Assembly (NCBI RefSeq): GCF_000315625.1
Contig: NW_005434658.1
Span: forward strand, 893,504 to 957,503
Origin: Guillardia theta CCMP2712
Taxonomy: Eukaryota > Protista > Cryptophyta
Reading direction: 5' to 3'
Length of the DNA stretch: 64,000 nt
Shown: one piece after another, positions 47,442 to 57,623 of the stretch
Layout: each line of letters starts with the position of its first letter
How positions within the stretch are numbered: position 1 is the first letter of the stretch
Program-made: the position numbers and the translations under genes
The notes under the pieces: model-generated
The model's database searches: none
Told to the model about the DNA's origin: nothing
Seen by the model: the letters and a program-made list of their open reading frames with translations, nothing else

Positions 47442-48866
47442 TTATCCGCAATGATATGTACAACCTATAAAAACACATATATAATCAATTCCTTCATAAG
47501 TCTCATATCTATGCTTAAAGTTCTTGTAATACCAATCTGAATTCTCATCAATAAAATCAACTGGACAGCTTGTTTTTGCTACTGTATAACTATGTAAAAG
47601 GTCATCGCTCTGGACCATGCTATAACCCTTAATAGGACTTGAACATAAGTAATCGCCATTGTCTATTTTTTCTATGTTGTTATAATTCGTTACCCATATG
47701 GCACCCTCTCCCACTGCGTTAATCATTACACGATGACCGTCAAGCTTCTTGTACGCATAATGCCAATTGCCGGTTCTGTAAATTCTCTTATCTCCTTCTT
47801 CAACGTTTGAGATGACACCATAAACGGCCTTATCTTTTTCATACTCTGTTATTTTTATGATTGGTAGGGAACTATCAATTCTTATATTTGAACTAAAATC
47901 ATTATCAATTCTGTTGAGGTCTTGATAATATCCGGTTGTTGATACTAGCATACCCTGATAATAATCAATGTTTGAAGTTATATCATCGAGTAAGTTGGAG
48001 GTCTCAGCTATACACCTATGCGAACCTGTGAAATCTAAATCGTCATTGCCATTGTCATTATTTCGGAGCCATTGCTCCCCGACATCGTCATAATTTCCAT
48101 ATTGGAACATTAAATCATTGGCTGCGCTTGACCCACCCAATCCAGCACCACCTGAAAGCAAATAAATTTTCCATTTATTCGTATCATAATTCCCACTATA
48201 GTCTCTAGGTAAAGTTATTTGATTTGTATTAAGCACTGTGCATTTCATATTGGTCCCTGCTATGATTTCAGTGCCTGATGTGATGTATTGATTAGCAGAT
48301 ATATAACTTGTCGTTGAAATAACAGAATTGCCAGCGATAGGGCCATAAAAATTTATATACCGTCCGCTAGAATAATAGTTTAAGTATAAAGTTTTATTAG
48401 TGCCACAATCAATATACAAATCTCCAGTATTGACAAGGATTTGAGCACGTTCAGCAGTTCTAGAATCAGTCCCAGCCCCAATCGATAGGTAACCTCCTAA
48501 TGATGAAGGACCGAATAATATTTTTGAATTGTTTGCATTGCTAATGGTTGCATCTCCATTTGTAATAGATAAGCCGCTATTGATACTGAATGTCTGTCCA
48601 GCAGGGAGGGATATTCCTCCCGCTGTCGTAGCATAATTTGCTGTCGTTGCTGTCGTTGCTGTGTTTGCTGTGTTTGCACTTCCTGCTGTTTCAGCATATA
48701 ATGCAGAAAACCTCTTCCAAGGTTGCCATACATTGTTCCATTTATGCCTAAAATTTATATATGTATAAGGGTTATTGCTTGCGCTGCCTACATTAGCAGG
48801 ATACGCAATTTGTAAGCCATAAGACGAGTCACCATTATAATTATAACCGCTGCCAATGTTACACAC
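47442..48866 (-). CDS. C-terminal part of the giant fibre protein (knob-like region plus intramolecular-chaperone-like C-terminal domain), separated by a frameshift
   Basis: FTGSHRC...GMLV...VYGVIS...INAVGEGAIWVTN...NGDYL...YTVAK...GCTYHCG resembles the C-terminal domain of algal-virus fibre proteins; overlaps the 2408-aa ORF in the -1 frame. Confidence 0.7.
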   Translation of the reverse strand: MCNIGSGYNYNGDSSYGLQIAYPANVGSASNNPYTYINFRHKWNNVWQPWKRFSALYAETAGSANTANTATTATTANYATTAGGISLPAGQTFSINSGLSITNGDATISNANNSKILFGPSSLGGYLSIGAGTDSRTAERAQILVNTGDLYIDCGTNKTLYLNYYSSGRYINFYGPIAGNSVISTTSYISANQYITSGTEIIAGTNMKCTVLNTNQITLPRDYSGNYDTNKWKIYLLSGGAGLGGSSAANDLMFQYGNYDDVGEQWLRNNDNGNDDLDFTGSHRCIAETSNLLDDITSNIDYYQGMLVSTTGYYQDLNRIDNDFSSNIRIDSSLPIIKITEYEKDKAVYGVISNVEEGDKRIYRTGNWHYAYKKLDGHRVMINAVGEGAIWVTNYNNIEKIDNGDYLCSSPIKGYSMVQSDDLLHSYTVAKTSCPVDFIDENSDWYYKNFKHRYETYEGIDYICVFIGCTYHCG

Positions 48867-51800
48867 ATAAAAAATTCAGTCTCATTCGGATTATTTGGAG
48901 GAGAATTTAAGGGGGTGGGACCATTTACATAATGAAATCCAAAATTTGGGAGCCCATTAAAATCTTGATAGTTCGTAGTTGGAAATATGATGCCGCTATT
49001 ATTGAATAGATAAAAGTTTGGATTTGACACCAAAGCCGGCTTATTTGTTAAATTATTATAATCTCCATTAAAAAGACTAGTGCTAAGAGCAGAATTATTT
49101 ATATATAAATCAGTACAGTTTATAATACCATTAACATCAAGTTTATAAGCTGTGTTAGTTGTTGTTGTAGCAATGCTTACAGTGCCATCATAACTTATTT
49201 TCATTTTTGTGTCTGTAGCAGCTTGGCAATCAACTTGATTATCATTATTTCTAAGCATAAAATACATATCACCAAGTCCATAACTGTTAAAGCTTCTTTG
49301 TATAACCCCTATGGCTTGCGATGCATATTGACCTCTATATATAGAGTGATTAAATCCAATAGCACAACGACAATTAGTAGTTGTATTATTTCCATTATCA
49401 TTTATCAGAAGCATTTTAGGAGCTGTTGAATTTCCTATAATAAATAGAGGTATGCCTGATTGAGGTTGTGTTGTATCTACTGAGCCATTTCCAAGCACCA
49501 TGCTTGCAGGACATTTTAACCCTGCGTTTGTAATATCTAGCTTTGTGTTTGTAATATTTCTATCAATTCTCACTTGTTCAATCCAACTATCACGAATATT
49601 ATTGGCCCCATATTTTCCAATAACAAAATCAAGATTAGTGTTGAGGCCAATTCTGAAATCTACACCAGTGCTATTTAGATTTCTAGAAAGTATAATATGA
49701 CCGTCCGTGTTTGCAACGCTGCTATTTCCGACATGTAGAGGCGCTTGCGGATTTACATTATTTATGCCTACACAAGGGTTAGATACTAAGCTATCATAAG
49801 GATTTACAGTCAAAGGATTATAAATATTTGTATTAAGTTTAGATTCTATCCCAAAGAAATTGAGTGCAATGTTAGTAACACCTGTCCCGATTCTATAATC
49901 TTGTATGTTTGTGCCAATAGGGTCTAATGAAGATGCCCCGCGTTTGAACTCAAGCCACGGCTGACCTCCTGAGTCATATATTCTTAATACTTTCGAAACT
50001 AATAAATCATAATAAGTATTGTTATTAAAGTTTAGCTCACCATCTACAAGCTTAAAACTTGAACTAACAGATGTTATTGTATTACCTGATATAGGAACAT
50101 CGTTGAATTGTAAATTAGGACCATATATATAAACACCTTGACTATTCCATTTTATCCGTGTTGTATTGTACCAACTAATATATCCCCAGTCTGTACTATT
50201 AATCACAACCTTATTTCCCCAAGTTGTATCATTAGAAATAAATATATAATTGTCATTTGTTTGTTTGACACCAAGAACCAAATATTTATCGTGAAATATC
50301 TTAGGTAATTGTGCGCCATCATTATCCTTTAATCCTATTTCAATACCATTTGCAGAAATATTCCCTTCAATCTGTAATTTGGAACTATTATTAGGGATTG
50401 TGCCTATTCCAACGTTACCGGTATTATAATATATATCATTATTTACTTTTGTCCATTTTGAAGCTAAACCGCCGCTAGTCGCTAATCCCCCAGTGAATGA
50501 TAGTAAGCCATTGCTTACACTAAAATCTGCTGATACAAGTTTAATATATTCATTTTCTGACAAAAGATAAGGTGACAAAGTGCTTGTCAGACTTGAAGAT
50601 GTAACATAGCTGCCTAGCGTGCTTGTCAGACCTGAAGATGTAACATAGCTGCCTAGCGTGCTTGTCAGACTTGAAGATGTAACATAGCTGCCTAGCGTGC
50701 TTGTAAGATTTGTATTGGTCACATAGCTTGTAAGATTTGTATTGGTCACATAGCCGTCTAGTGTGCTTGTAAGGTTTGTATTGGTCACATAGCTGCCTAG
50801 TGTGCTTGTAAGGTTTGTATTGGTCACATAGCTGCCTAGTGTGCTTGTAAGGTTTGTATTGGTCACATAGCTTGTAAGATTTGTATTGGTCACATAGCCG
50901 TCTAGTGTGCTTGTAAGGTTTGTATTGGTCACATAGCTGCCTAGTGTGCTTGTAAGGTTTGTATTGGTCACATAGCTGCCTAGTGTGCTTGTAAGGTTTG
51001 TATTGGTCACATAGCTGCCTAGTGTGCTGGTTAGACTTGAAGATGTCACATAGCTTCCTAGCGTGCTTGTAAGGTTTGTATTGGTCACATAGCTGTTTGT
51101 GAGACTTAATTGTCCAACAGCTGACACATTAAAATCTGATGTAACATCTCTTATATATTGATTATCTGATGTAAATAAATCAGGCTTTCCAGTTATTTGA
51201 GTATCATAATCAAATGATGTCGGAATGTCACTTATCAAAGCATTGTTTATAGAATCAAGGTAGGCCGCTGTGTTTATATCTGAATAACCTGTTGGAATAA
51301 CAATATTATCTATCTTGTTATCTATTTCTTCATTAGTATATGGATTAATTACTTCTTTGATGCTCAATGAACCTACACCATTATACCCGATAATATCTCT
51401 TACTTCATTTTGAGTCAATTCTCTATTGAAAAACCTTAAATCTTGATAATATGATTGCAAACTTGGAAAAAAACCTTTTGATGGATAGATGTTTCCAAGT
51501 AAAGATTTATTCCAAGTCATACTTTGCAAATATGATTTGGGTATATTTGTTTGAAAAGGAATTCCATTTTGATATAAAATGATACCAGCACCCCCAATTG
51601 TTATGGTGTAATGGTCCCACGTATTTAAATTATAGTAAAAATATGATACATTTGTTGTTGAATAATTAACTTCGATAGCAATATTTCCATTAGATATATA
51701 TAATCTGATGCCATAGGCCCCTCCACTGGTTGAATCTATGCCACTGTTTAAATCGATGATTGTATTACCTATAGTAGGATAACCATCATATCTTTTGATA

Positions 51801-54800
51801 TACAACCAGAAAGAACACGTAAGAAAACCATTATAATCTATTGATGGCAATTTTACAATTGTATTTAAAACATAGTAACAAAACCCAGAGAGCGTGCTTG
51901 TCTTTGGAATGGCTGCATGTGAGAAAGACACAGTCAATGAACTGCCTCCAGTGTTATCGCTGAATCTTATTCTTATTGGATAATATTTATATGCTGTATT
52001 TAAATATATAGTTCCTGACCGCTCTTGTGTGCCATGAGTTCCACCATTATTAACGACCAATGTCTCTGTACCATCTACAGTCAACCAAAGATAGCTTTCA
52101 TCGTCACTATTAGTATAAAATGTAAAATTGCCTAAGTATCCAGAAGTATAAAAATAACCTACATATTCAACTGCGAATCTGTCCTCTGAAATATTCCAAG
52201 AATTAGAAATACGAAGTGCAACACCAACGGAATTAATAGGGTCATTTCCATAATTAGCATATCCATTATTCCATTTTGTATATGCCAAACCATCAAGATT
52301 AAAAGTATCGAGAGAGAGACTTTTTTTATTTGTTTTTACAGTATGAGACGCAAATGAATGACCGCCATAAGCTATTTGTACATCAGGTTTTAGGGATAAA
52401 GTATCAGCCAAAGAATCATCAAATTTGTACCAAGCTATATCAGGAATTGGACCAGTATATTCGATACTAGGTTTTAAATAACTAGTACCACTGCTAGAAT
52501 ATTGAAAATTATAAGCATCGGTATTTATTATAACATTATCATAGAGCTTATCTTGAAAATTAAGTGATACAGTTCTATTTGATAACGTTAAATATAAAGC
52601 TGTATTTGTTTGATTATATGTCTCTATTTGAATGTGGTCATATATTGACACATCATTTGTTTGATTGACTATGAATTGCGCAGGGTCAAAGTTATAAGAA
52701 TTTTTTTGAATATCTTGATAAAGCTTATTGCTTGTGTTGTTCAATGTTGTTATATTGATATAATTGCTTGATGCTATCCAATTGTTATAATTGGTAACAC
52801 TTAGGATATTACTATTAGCTATCCAATTGTTATAATTGGTTGTACTTAGGATATTACTATTAGCTATCCAATTGTTATAATTGGTTGTACTTAGGATATT
52901 ACTATTAGCTATCCAATTATTATAATTGGTTGTACTTAGGATATTACTATTAGCTATCCAATTATTATAATTGGTTGTACTTAGGATATTACTATTAGCT
53001 ATCCAATTATTATAATTGGTTGTACTTAGGATATTACTATTAGCTATCCAATTGTTATAATTGGTAACACTTAGGATATTACTATTAGCTATCCAATTAT
53101 TATAATTGGTTGTACTTAGGATATTGCTATTAGCTATCCAATTATTATAATTGGTAGTACTTAGGATATTGCTTGATGCTATCCAATTATTATAATTGCT
53201 TATTTCTAGATAGTCAGGCAATGCCTCGACGACTGATTCTGTCTGTTGTGTTGTCTGATTATATAATAATTTGACATATCCTGTTCTATTTTGCGAATCA
53301 TACACATCATTAACATTAGTGACTGCCGTTGTACCTCCCAAAGATAAACTTCTCCTACCAACTCCTCCGCTCGTGGTAATACTTGTGGCAACCGTTGATA
53401 TATCCACATTTTGCACTGATATGTTTTGAGCTACAACCGTTTGCGTGCTCAAATCTATAACGCTAAGATTACCCCTTTTAATATCTATAAAATCAACCTC
53501 TAATTTACCGCTAATCTTTGCCGATAAATCGTTGTTAAATATCTGATTGATAGCATCAGAATACTTGTTTTCAGTCCAAAATAGATTTATTGTCTCAAGT
53601 GTCCAAGATATATATTTGCTTATTGCTATTAAATCGAGTTTATTTGATTCATTGATAGCCTCTTGACCTGTTGGCCCTTGCTCGTGGTCTATTATTCTAA
53701 AATGATGATTATTATTATTGACATTATATAACTCTTTAAAATTTGTTATTTGTGTTGTCCCCTCAATCTTCAATTCAAATTGATTGCGTATTGTATAAAA
53801 TATGGTTCCATCTTCACGGAGAACAAAGCAATAAAAATTTAGTTCAGCGATGCGACTATTTTGAACACTAAAAACAGGGCCGCCAATATTTGGATAAACA
53901 TAAGCAAAAGCATTTATATTTATCGTTTTCTTCTCGTAGCTTAAAACATTGTTTGTATTCTTATAATATATCTCAAACACTAAATCAAGAGATATGTTGG
54001 TAATATTTAGCGAACCATCTTGAGTTATTTGATAATCTAGATAACAAATAAAACCTCTATTATTTGGTATATTCTCAGTTGTTAAACCAGCCAAATAATA
54101 ATTGAATAAATTATATTTGCCGCTGTAATATTTGCCATTCATATAATTAGTCTTAGGTCTAAATTGATAATAAAAATAGATAGAGAATTTATTTGTAAAA
54201 CTAATGTCAAAACATTCGATATAAAAATTGTCTGGGATGGCTGTCATTCTATTTGCAAAAGAATACCTGACCCATTCCCTATCTTGTGCTGGATAGGTTG
54301 GCACGGTTTCATATGGAGAACCATTCAAAAAGTCCCAATTGTCATAAGTAATTGTATATGTATCATTCAATTGATTTTTAATATAGTTCGGTGCTATTAG
54401 TTGATTGCCTTGTAATTTTAGGAAGATATCGGCTATATATAGACTGTCTGGCCCTGTTACAGTAAGCTTCTTTGTTGTGAATGATTCTCCTATTAGAGCA
54501 AATTGATTTGCCATTTGTGTTTGATTAACAAAATTAGAGCTATTTATAAAATTTGTGTAGGTATCCGTTTTCAGGAAATTAGAGCTATTGAGATAATTTG
54601 CATAGACATCCGTTTTTAGGAAGTTTGAGCTTGCCAGATTTTGATATGAAAGAAATGTATCCAATCCCTGCTGTTTTGTGTAAAAGTCTGTTGATAATTC
54701 CCATTCTTGATTATCATTGAAATATAGATTGCCTATAAACCCCGGTTTGACATCGTTTATAAGTGTGCTTGCTGTATGTTTTGTTCTTATATGATTGTAT

Positions 54801-56014
54801 AATACATTTGACTCTTCATATATTTTGTTGAATAATATATTAGACTCTGTCAATATATGATCAAATAATATATTTGACTCATCGTATATGTGATTATATA
54901 ATATGTTCGATGTATTATCAATTATATCATCTATCTCATTTTTGTCATAGATATTAGGGACAATAATATCATCAATAAAAAGAGTTTTACCTTTGAATAT
55001 TGTTTTATATTGCTTTAATGTTTGCAGTGCATAATTGCTACCAAATACAAATTCATTTAATTCATCTTGTGTTAATTCATTGCCTAATGTTATAACTTCT
55101 TCACCTTGAAAAACAATATTTCTTTCGTCTAAAACTGTCTGTTCCTGTCCATCAATAACAAGCAATTTATACGTGTCATTATATATAAATGCTTCGTTAG
55201 GGACCAAAGCAAGTTTTTCACCATCTGTTAGATTCCTAGAATATATTTTAATGACTCTACCTTGTAATTTAGTATTTATTACCTCATTTTCAAGAACAGA
55301 AATAACAACACCTAATGATAATCTTAAAACATTAATCCACGAGAGAATAAACAGGCCATCAGCTTTTGAGGTGTTTGTTCCTGACGCTATCAATCCCCCA
55401 ATGAAGCCAGTTCCAATTGCTAGCCCTCCTTTTATAATTTCACCTAAACCACTAAATAAATTAAAGCCATTTTCAGCCGTATCGTCCAAATCTTCTAAGG
55501 ATTGGGCAGCATTTGCGGTTTCTTGCGCGGCAGCATTGTTGTTTAAATCATCTAATTGTTGTTTAATCTGTTGAATTGTAATAAATGAGCCGTTTTCAAG
55601 TGTGAATTTAATGATATATTTATTAGGATTAGTCTGATATTTGACATATAATATATTCCTATTGTTGTTTGTTAAAATGGTCTCATTCGTGTTAGAATCA
55701 TATTTGATAAGAGATTGCAGATCTAGAACAAAATTTGATGTGTTAAACAATATATTGCTTGTTTCAATTAAGTTATTACTAGTAATAAGTAATAAATCAT
55801 TTGTTTCAATTAAGTTATTGCTAGTTTCAATGGTGATAATTTCTAGATCGTTAGTCTTTTGAAATAGTTCGGTTGTCTGATGATTAAGGACATCAACATT
55901 ACTATAAAGGACATTGATATTTGAATTTATTTTATTAAAAATAGGCGTTAAAGTTGTGTTATTAGTAGTGCCGACATACTGATATAAATTTTGATATCTA
56001 TTGTCACATGACAT
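48788..56014 (-). CDS. Giant fibre/adhesin-like virion protein (repeats, LamG-like domain with inserted PA14 domain, GNVGIG fibre motifs)
   Basis: 2408-aa ORF. PA14 (YVGYF...FYTNSDD...NNGGTHG...YPIRIRF), LamG (AWYKFD...SFWL...WDHYTIT...QDLRFFNRELTQNEV), YNTGNVGIGT, VGINNVNPQAPLHV. Confidence 0.8.
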   Translation of the reverse strand: MSCDNRYQNLYQYVGTTNNTTLTPIFNKINSNINVLYSNVDVLNHQTTELFQKTNDLEIITIETSNNLIETNDLLLITSNNLIETSNILFNTSNFVLDLQSLIKYDSNTNETILTNNNRNILYVKYQTNPNKYIIKFTLENGSFITIQQIKQQLDDLNNNAAAQETANAAQSLEDLDDTAENGFNLFSGLGEIIKGGLAIGTGFIGGLIASGTNTSKADGLFILSWINVLRLSLGVVISVLENEVINTKLQGRVIKIYSRNLTDGEKLALVPNEAFIYNDTYKLLVIDGQEQTVLDERNIVFQGEEVITLGNELTQDELNEFVFGSNYALQTLKQYKTIFKGKTLFIDDIIVPNIYDKNEIDDIIDNTSNILYNHIYDESNILFDHILTESNILFNKIYEESNVLYNHIRTKHTASTLINDVKPGFIGNLYFNDNQEWELSTDFYTKQQGLDTFLSYQNLASSNFLKTDVYANYLNSSNFLKTDTYTNFINSSNFVNQTQMANQFALIGESFTTKKLTVTGPDSLYIADIFLKLQGNQLIAPNYIKNQLNDTYTITYDNWDFLNGSPYETVPTYPAQDREWVRYSFANRMTAIPDNFYIECFDISFTNKFSIYFYYQFRPKTNYMNGKYYSGKYNLFNYYLAGLTTENIPNNRGFICYLDYQITQDGSLNITNISLDLVFEIYYKNTNNVLSYEKKTININAFAYVYPNIGGPVFSVQNSRIAELNFYCFVLREDGTIFYTIRNQFELKIEGTTQITNFKELYNVNNNNHHFRIIDHEQGPTGQEAINESNKLDLIAISKYISWTLETINLFWTENKYSDAINQIFNNDLSAKISGKLEVDFIDIKRGNLSVIDLSTQTVVAQNISVQNVDISTVATSITTSGGVGRRSLSLGGTTAVTNVNDVYDSQNRTGYVKLLYNQTTQQTESVVEALPDYLEISNYNNWIASSNILSTTNYNNWIANSNILSTTNYNNWIANSNILSVTNYNNWIANSNILSTTNYNNWIANSNILSTTNYNNWIANSNILSTTNYNNWIANSNILSTTNYNNWIANSNILSTTNYNNWIANSNILSVTNYNNWIASSNYINITTLNNTSNKLYQDIQKNSYNFDPAQFIVNQTNDVSIYDHIQIETYNQTNTALYLTLSNRTVSLNFQDKLYDNVIINTDAYNFQYSSSGTSYLKPSIEYTGPIPDIAWYKFDDSLADTLSLKPDVQIAYGGHSFASHTVKTNKKSLSLDTFNLDGLAYTKWNNGYANYGNDPINSVGVALRISNSWNISEDRFAVEYVGYFYTSGYLGNFTFYTNSDDESYLWLTVDGTETLVVNNGGTHGTQERSGTIYLNTAYKYYPIRIRFSDNTGGSSLTVSFSHAAIPKTSTLSGFCYYVLNTIVKLPSIDYNGFLTCSFWLYIKRYDGYPTIGNTIIDLNSGIDSTSGGAYGIRLYISNGNIAIEVNYSTTNVSYFYYNLNTWDHYTITIGGAGIILYQNGIPFQTNIPKSYLQSMTWNKSLLGNIYPSKGFFPSLQSYYQDLRFFNRELTQNEVRDIIGYNGVGSLSIKEVINPYTNEEIDNKIDNIVIPTGYSDINTAAYLDSINNALISDIPTSFDYDTQITGKPDLFTSDNQYIRDVTSDFNVSAVGQLSLTNSYVTNTNLTSTLGSYVTSSSLTSTLGSYVTNTNLTSTLGSYVTNTNLTSTLGSYVTNTNLTSTLDGYVTNTNLTSYVTNTNLTSTLGSYVTNTNLTSTLGSYVTNTNLTSTLDGYVTNTNLTSYVTNTNLTSTLGSYVTSSSLTSTLGSYVTSSGLTSTLGSYVTSSSLTSTLSPYLLSENEYIKLVSADFSVSNGLLSFTGGLATSGGLASKWTKVNNDIYYNTGNVGIGTIPNNSSKLQIEGNISANGIEIGLKDNDGAQLPKIFHDKYLVLGVKQTNDNYIFISNDTTWGNKVVINSTDWGYISWYNTTRIKWNSQGVYIYGPNLQFNDVPISGNTITSVSSSFKLVDGELNFNNNTYYDLLVSKVLRIYDSGGQPWLEFKRGASSLDPIGTNIQDYRIGTGVTNIALNFFGIESKLNTNIYNPLTVNPYDSLVSNPCVGINNVNPQAPLHVGNSSVANTDGHIILSRNLNSTGVDFRIGLNTNLDFVIGKYGANNIRDSWIEQVRIDRNITNTKLDITNAGLKCPASMVLGNGSVDTTQPQSGIPLFIIGNSTAPKMLLINDNGNNTTTNCRCAIGFNHSIYRGQYASQAIGVIQRSFNSYGLGDMYFMLRNNDNQVDCQAATDTKMKISYDGTVSIATTTTNTAYKLDVNGIINCTDLYINNSALSTSLFNGDYNNLTNKPALVSNPNFYLFNNSGIIFPTTNYQDFNGLPNFGFHYVNGPTPLNSPPNNPNETEFFMCVTLAAVIIIMVTRLMAYKLRILLM
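50575..51095 (-). repeat. Coding tandem repeat, 39-bp unit (YVTNTNLTSTLGS) with some 27-bp truncated units
   Basis: Direct inspection of DNA and protein. Confidence 0.9.
52760..53205 (-). repeat. Coding tandem repeat, 45-bp unit (NYNNWIANSNILSTT), about 10 copies
   Basis: Direct inspection of DNA and protein. Confidence 0.9.
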
Positions 56015-56867
56015 TTATAATAAAGAAAGATAGGTTTTTGGGGCGGATGGAGAGTGTGGAAGGTTGGAGGGTTTGTTAGGTCAATTACTAATAGGCCAAG
56101 ATCGATCAACTGAGAAGAACTTCTTGAAAAAACCCTCCTAATAGATAATAGATAATAGATAATGGATAATAGATAATAGATAATAGATAATAGATAATAG
56201 ATAATAGATAATAGATAATAGATAATAGAAAAAAAATAACATTGAATTAGTAAGGAATATTTATAAAAATAAAAAATGCCAATAGAGAGAGGGGAGTGTG
56301 GAAGGTTGGAGGGTTTGTTAGGTCAATTACTAATAGGCCAAGATCGATCAACTGAGAAGAACTTCTTGAAAAAACCTTCCACACCCTCCACACCCTCCAC
56401 CTCTAACGTCTATATATACAGATAAATAATAAATATATATATGATTCTGGTAATGATTTATGAAGTGGAGGGTTTAGTGGAGGGTTTATGATTTATTGAA
56501 AAACCCTCCACTCTTCAAAGATTGGCAGGGTTTTGCAAAGGTTTGTAAAAACAACGTGTTTAATATTTTACCCCCTCACCCCACATAGATTTTTTTATTA
56601 CTTATATGATCCTTGAAGGATTCATAATTTTCATTAATATTATGTTTGCTCTGGCACACTCCGTGTGTGCGCTCGTTTGTTTTTGGTTATTTTGTGTGAT
56701 AATCCGCACCAATGCGCAGCTATTATTTCAATTGCATAAAATATAATAGGGATTAGGTAAGGAAAATAAAGAGGAATAAATGAATTATTTGGGTGTTCGT
56801 AAAAATCATTGAAATTTTAAATTGATTTATAAAAGTTTGTCTCCTCACGTTTCCAATGTATTTACTT
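56012..56867 (-). repeat. Right terminal inverted repeat (856 bp)
   Basis: Reverse complement of 30626-31481. Confidence 0.97.
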
Positions 56868-56872
56868 GCTAG

Positions 56873-57623
56873 CCAGTTGGCTCCTTCCGAAATCTCTCCA
56901 AGTTGAAGAATGGAGTTCTGTACAAGATAGTCTCAGGAGCTGTCGATGTTGAGAGCGGATCGAAAGAACTTCTCAAAGAAATGAAGGAAGTCGGGTTGGA
57001 CACAAGTCAAATTGTCAAGCCTTCGGAAATTCATGAGTGTCTTTCAAGCATCCTGGAGTCAGTCAGGGTGAATGGAGACATACGAGACATGATCCAGTGC
57101 CTGCGTTTTGATGGGATCCAGACATGTCTGCTTTCGCATACAAGGAAAAGAGAAGGAAGAGACGCAAACATGGTCAAGGATGAGATGGCCGTGCTCAACA
57201 AAGAGATGATTCGGCATTTCAATGCTACGTTTCAATATTCCGACCAACAGTTCAAGAAGGAACCTCAAATCTTTCACGAGATATTCAATGTAGTTTGTGT
57301 TGACAACTGATGGGCCACTTGTAACTAATTTTCCATTGTGCAGAAATTCTCTTTGCATCCGGAGGAGGTGGTCTTTTTAGACCCACGGAAAGATATGCTT
57401 CAACCAGCTGCCAAACTCGGTGTGAAAACGTTGCAGGTAGTGCTCACTGTCCTTTGTTTGGTTGTTTTGAGATTAATCGTTACAGGCTGAGAATGCCAAC
57501 AAGGCAATCGAGCTTCTTGAGGATGAATTGCAAGTCCCGTTGCGCAACTTTGCTTGGACTCGTGATCAATATGCGAAGGTCTTGTGGGTATCCAACAAAG
57601 ATTGTAATAGTGCAAGCACATAG
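56873..57623 (+). CDS. 3' part of the interrupted host HAD-like hydrolase gene
   Basis: PVGSFRNLSKLKNGVLYK...CLLSH...KKEPQIFHEIFN|KFSLHPEEVVFLDPRKDMLQPAAKLGVKTLQ|AENANKAIELLEDELQVPL: HAD motifs III/IV. Confidence 0.75.

Larger units (their letters stand above)
30621..56874. mobile_element. Integrated Polinton-like virus (endogenous dsDNA provirus), tyrosine-recombinase type, ~26.25 kb
   Basis: Abrupt switch to AT-rich, intronless, densely packed ORFs; 856-bp TIRs; genes for MCP (x2), mCP, A32 ATPase, primase-helicase, tyrosine recombinase and GIY-YIG. Confidence 0.95.

Noticed and set aside
48868-48874. Canonical U UUU UUA -1 frameshift heptamer
   Set aside because: TTTTTTA is present but not in the required phase relative to the upstream ORF, so classic programmed frameshifting is not supported.
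50575-53205. Regular 39-bp and 45-bp repeats as a CRISPR-like array
   Set aside because: No unique spacers; they are in-frame coding repeats of the fibre ORF and no cas genes are present.
30621-56874. Classical Maverick/Polinton transposon or bacterial phage contamination
   Set aside because: No pPolB, rve integrase or 6-bp TSD. The capsid and ATPase genes are PLV-type, and both ends join a split eukaryotic exon.
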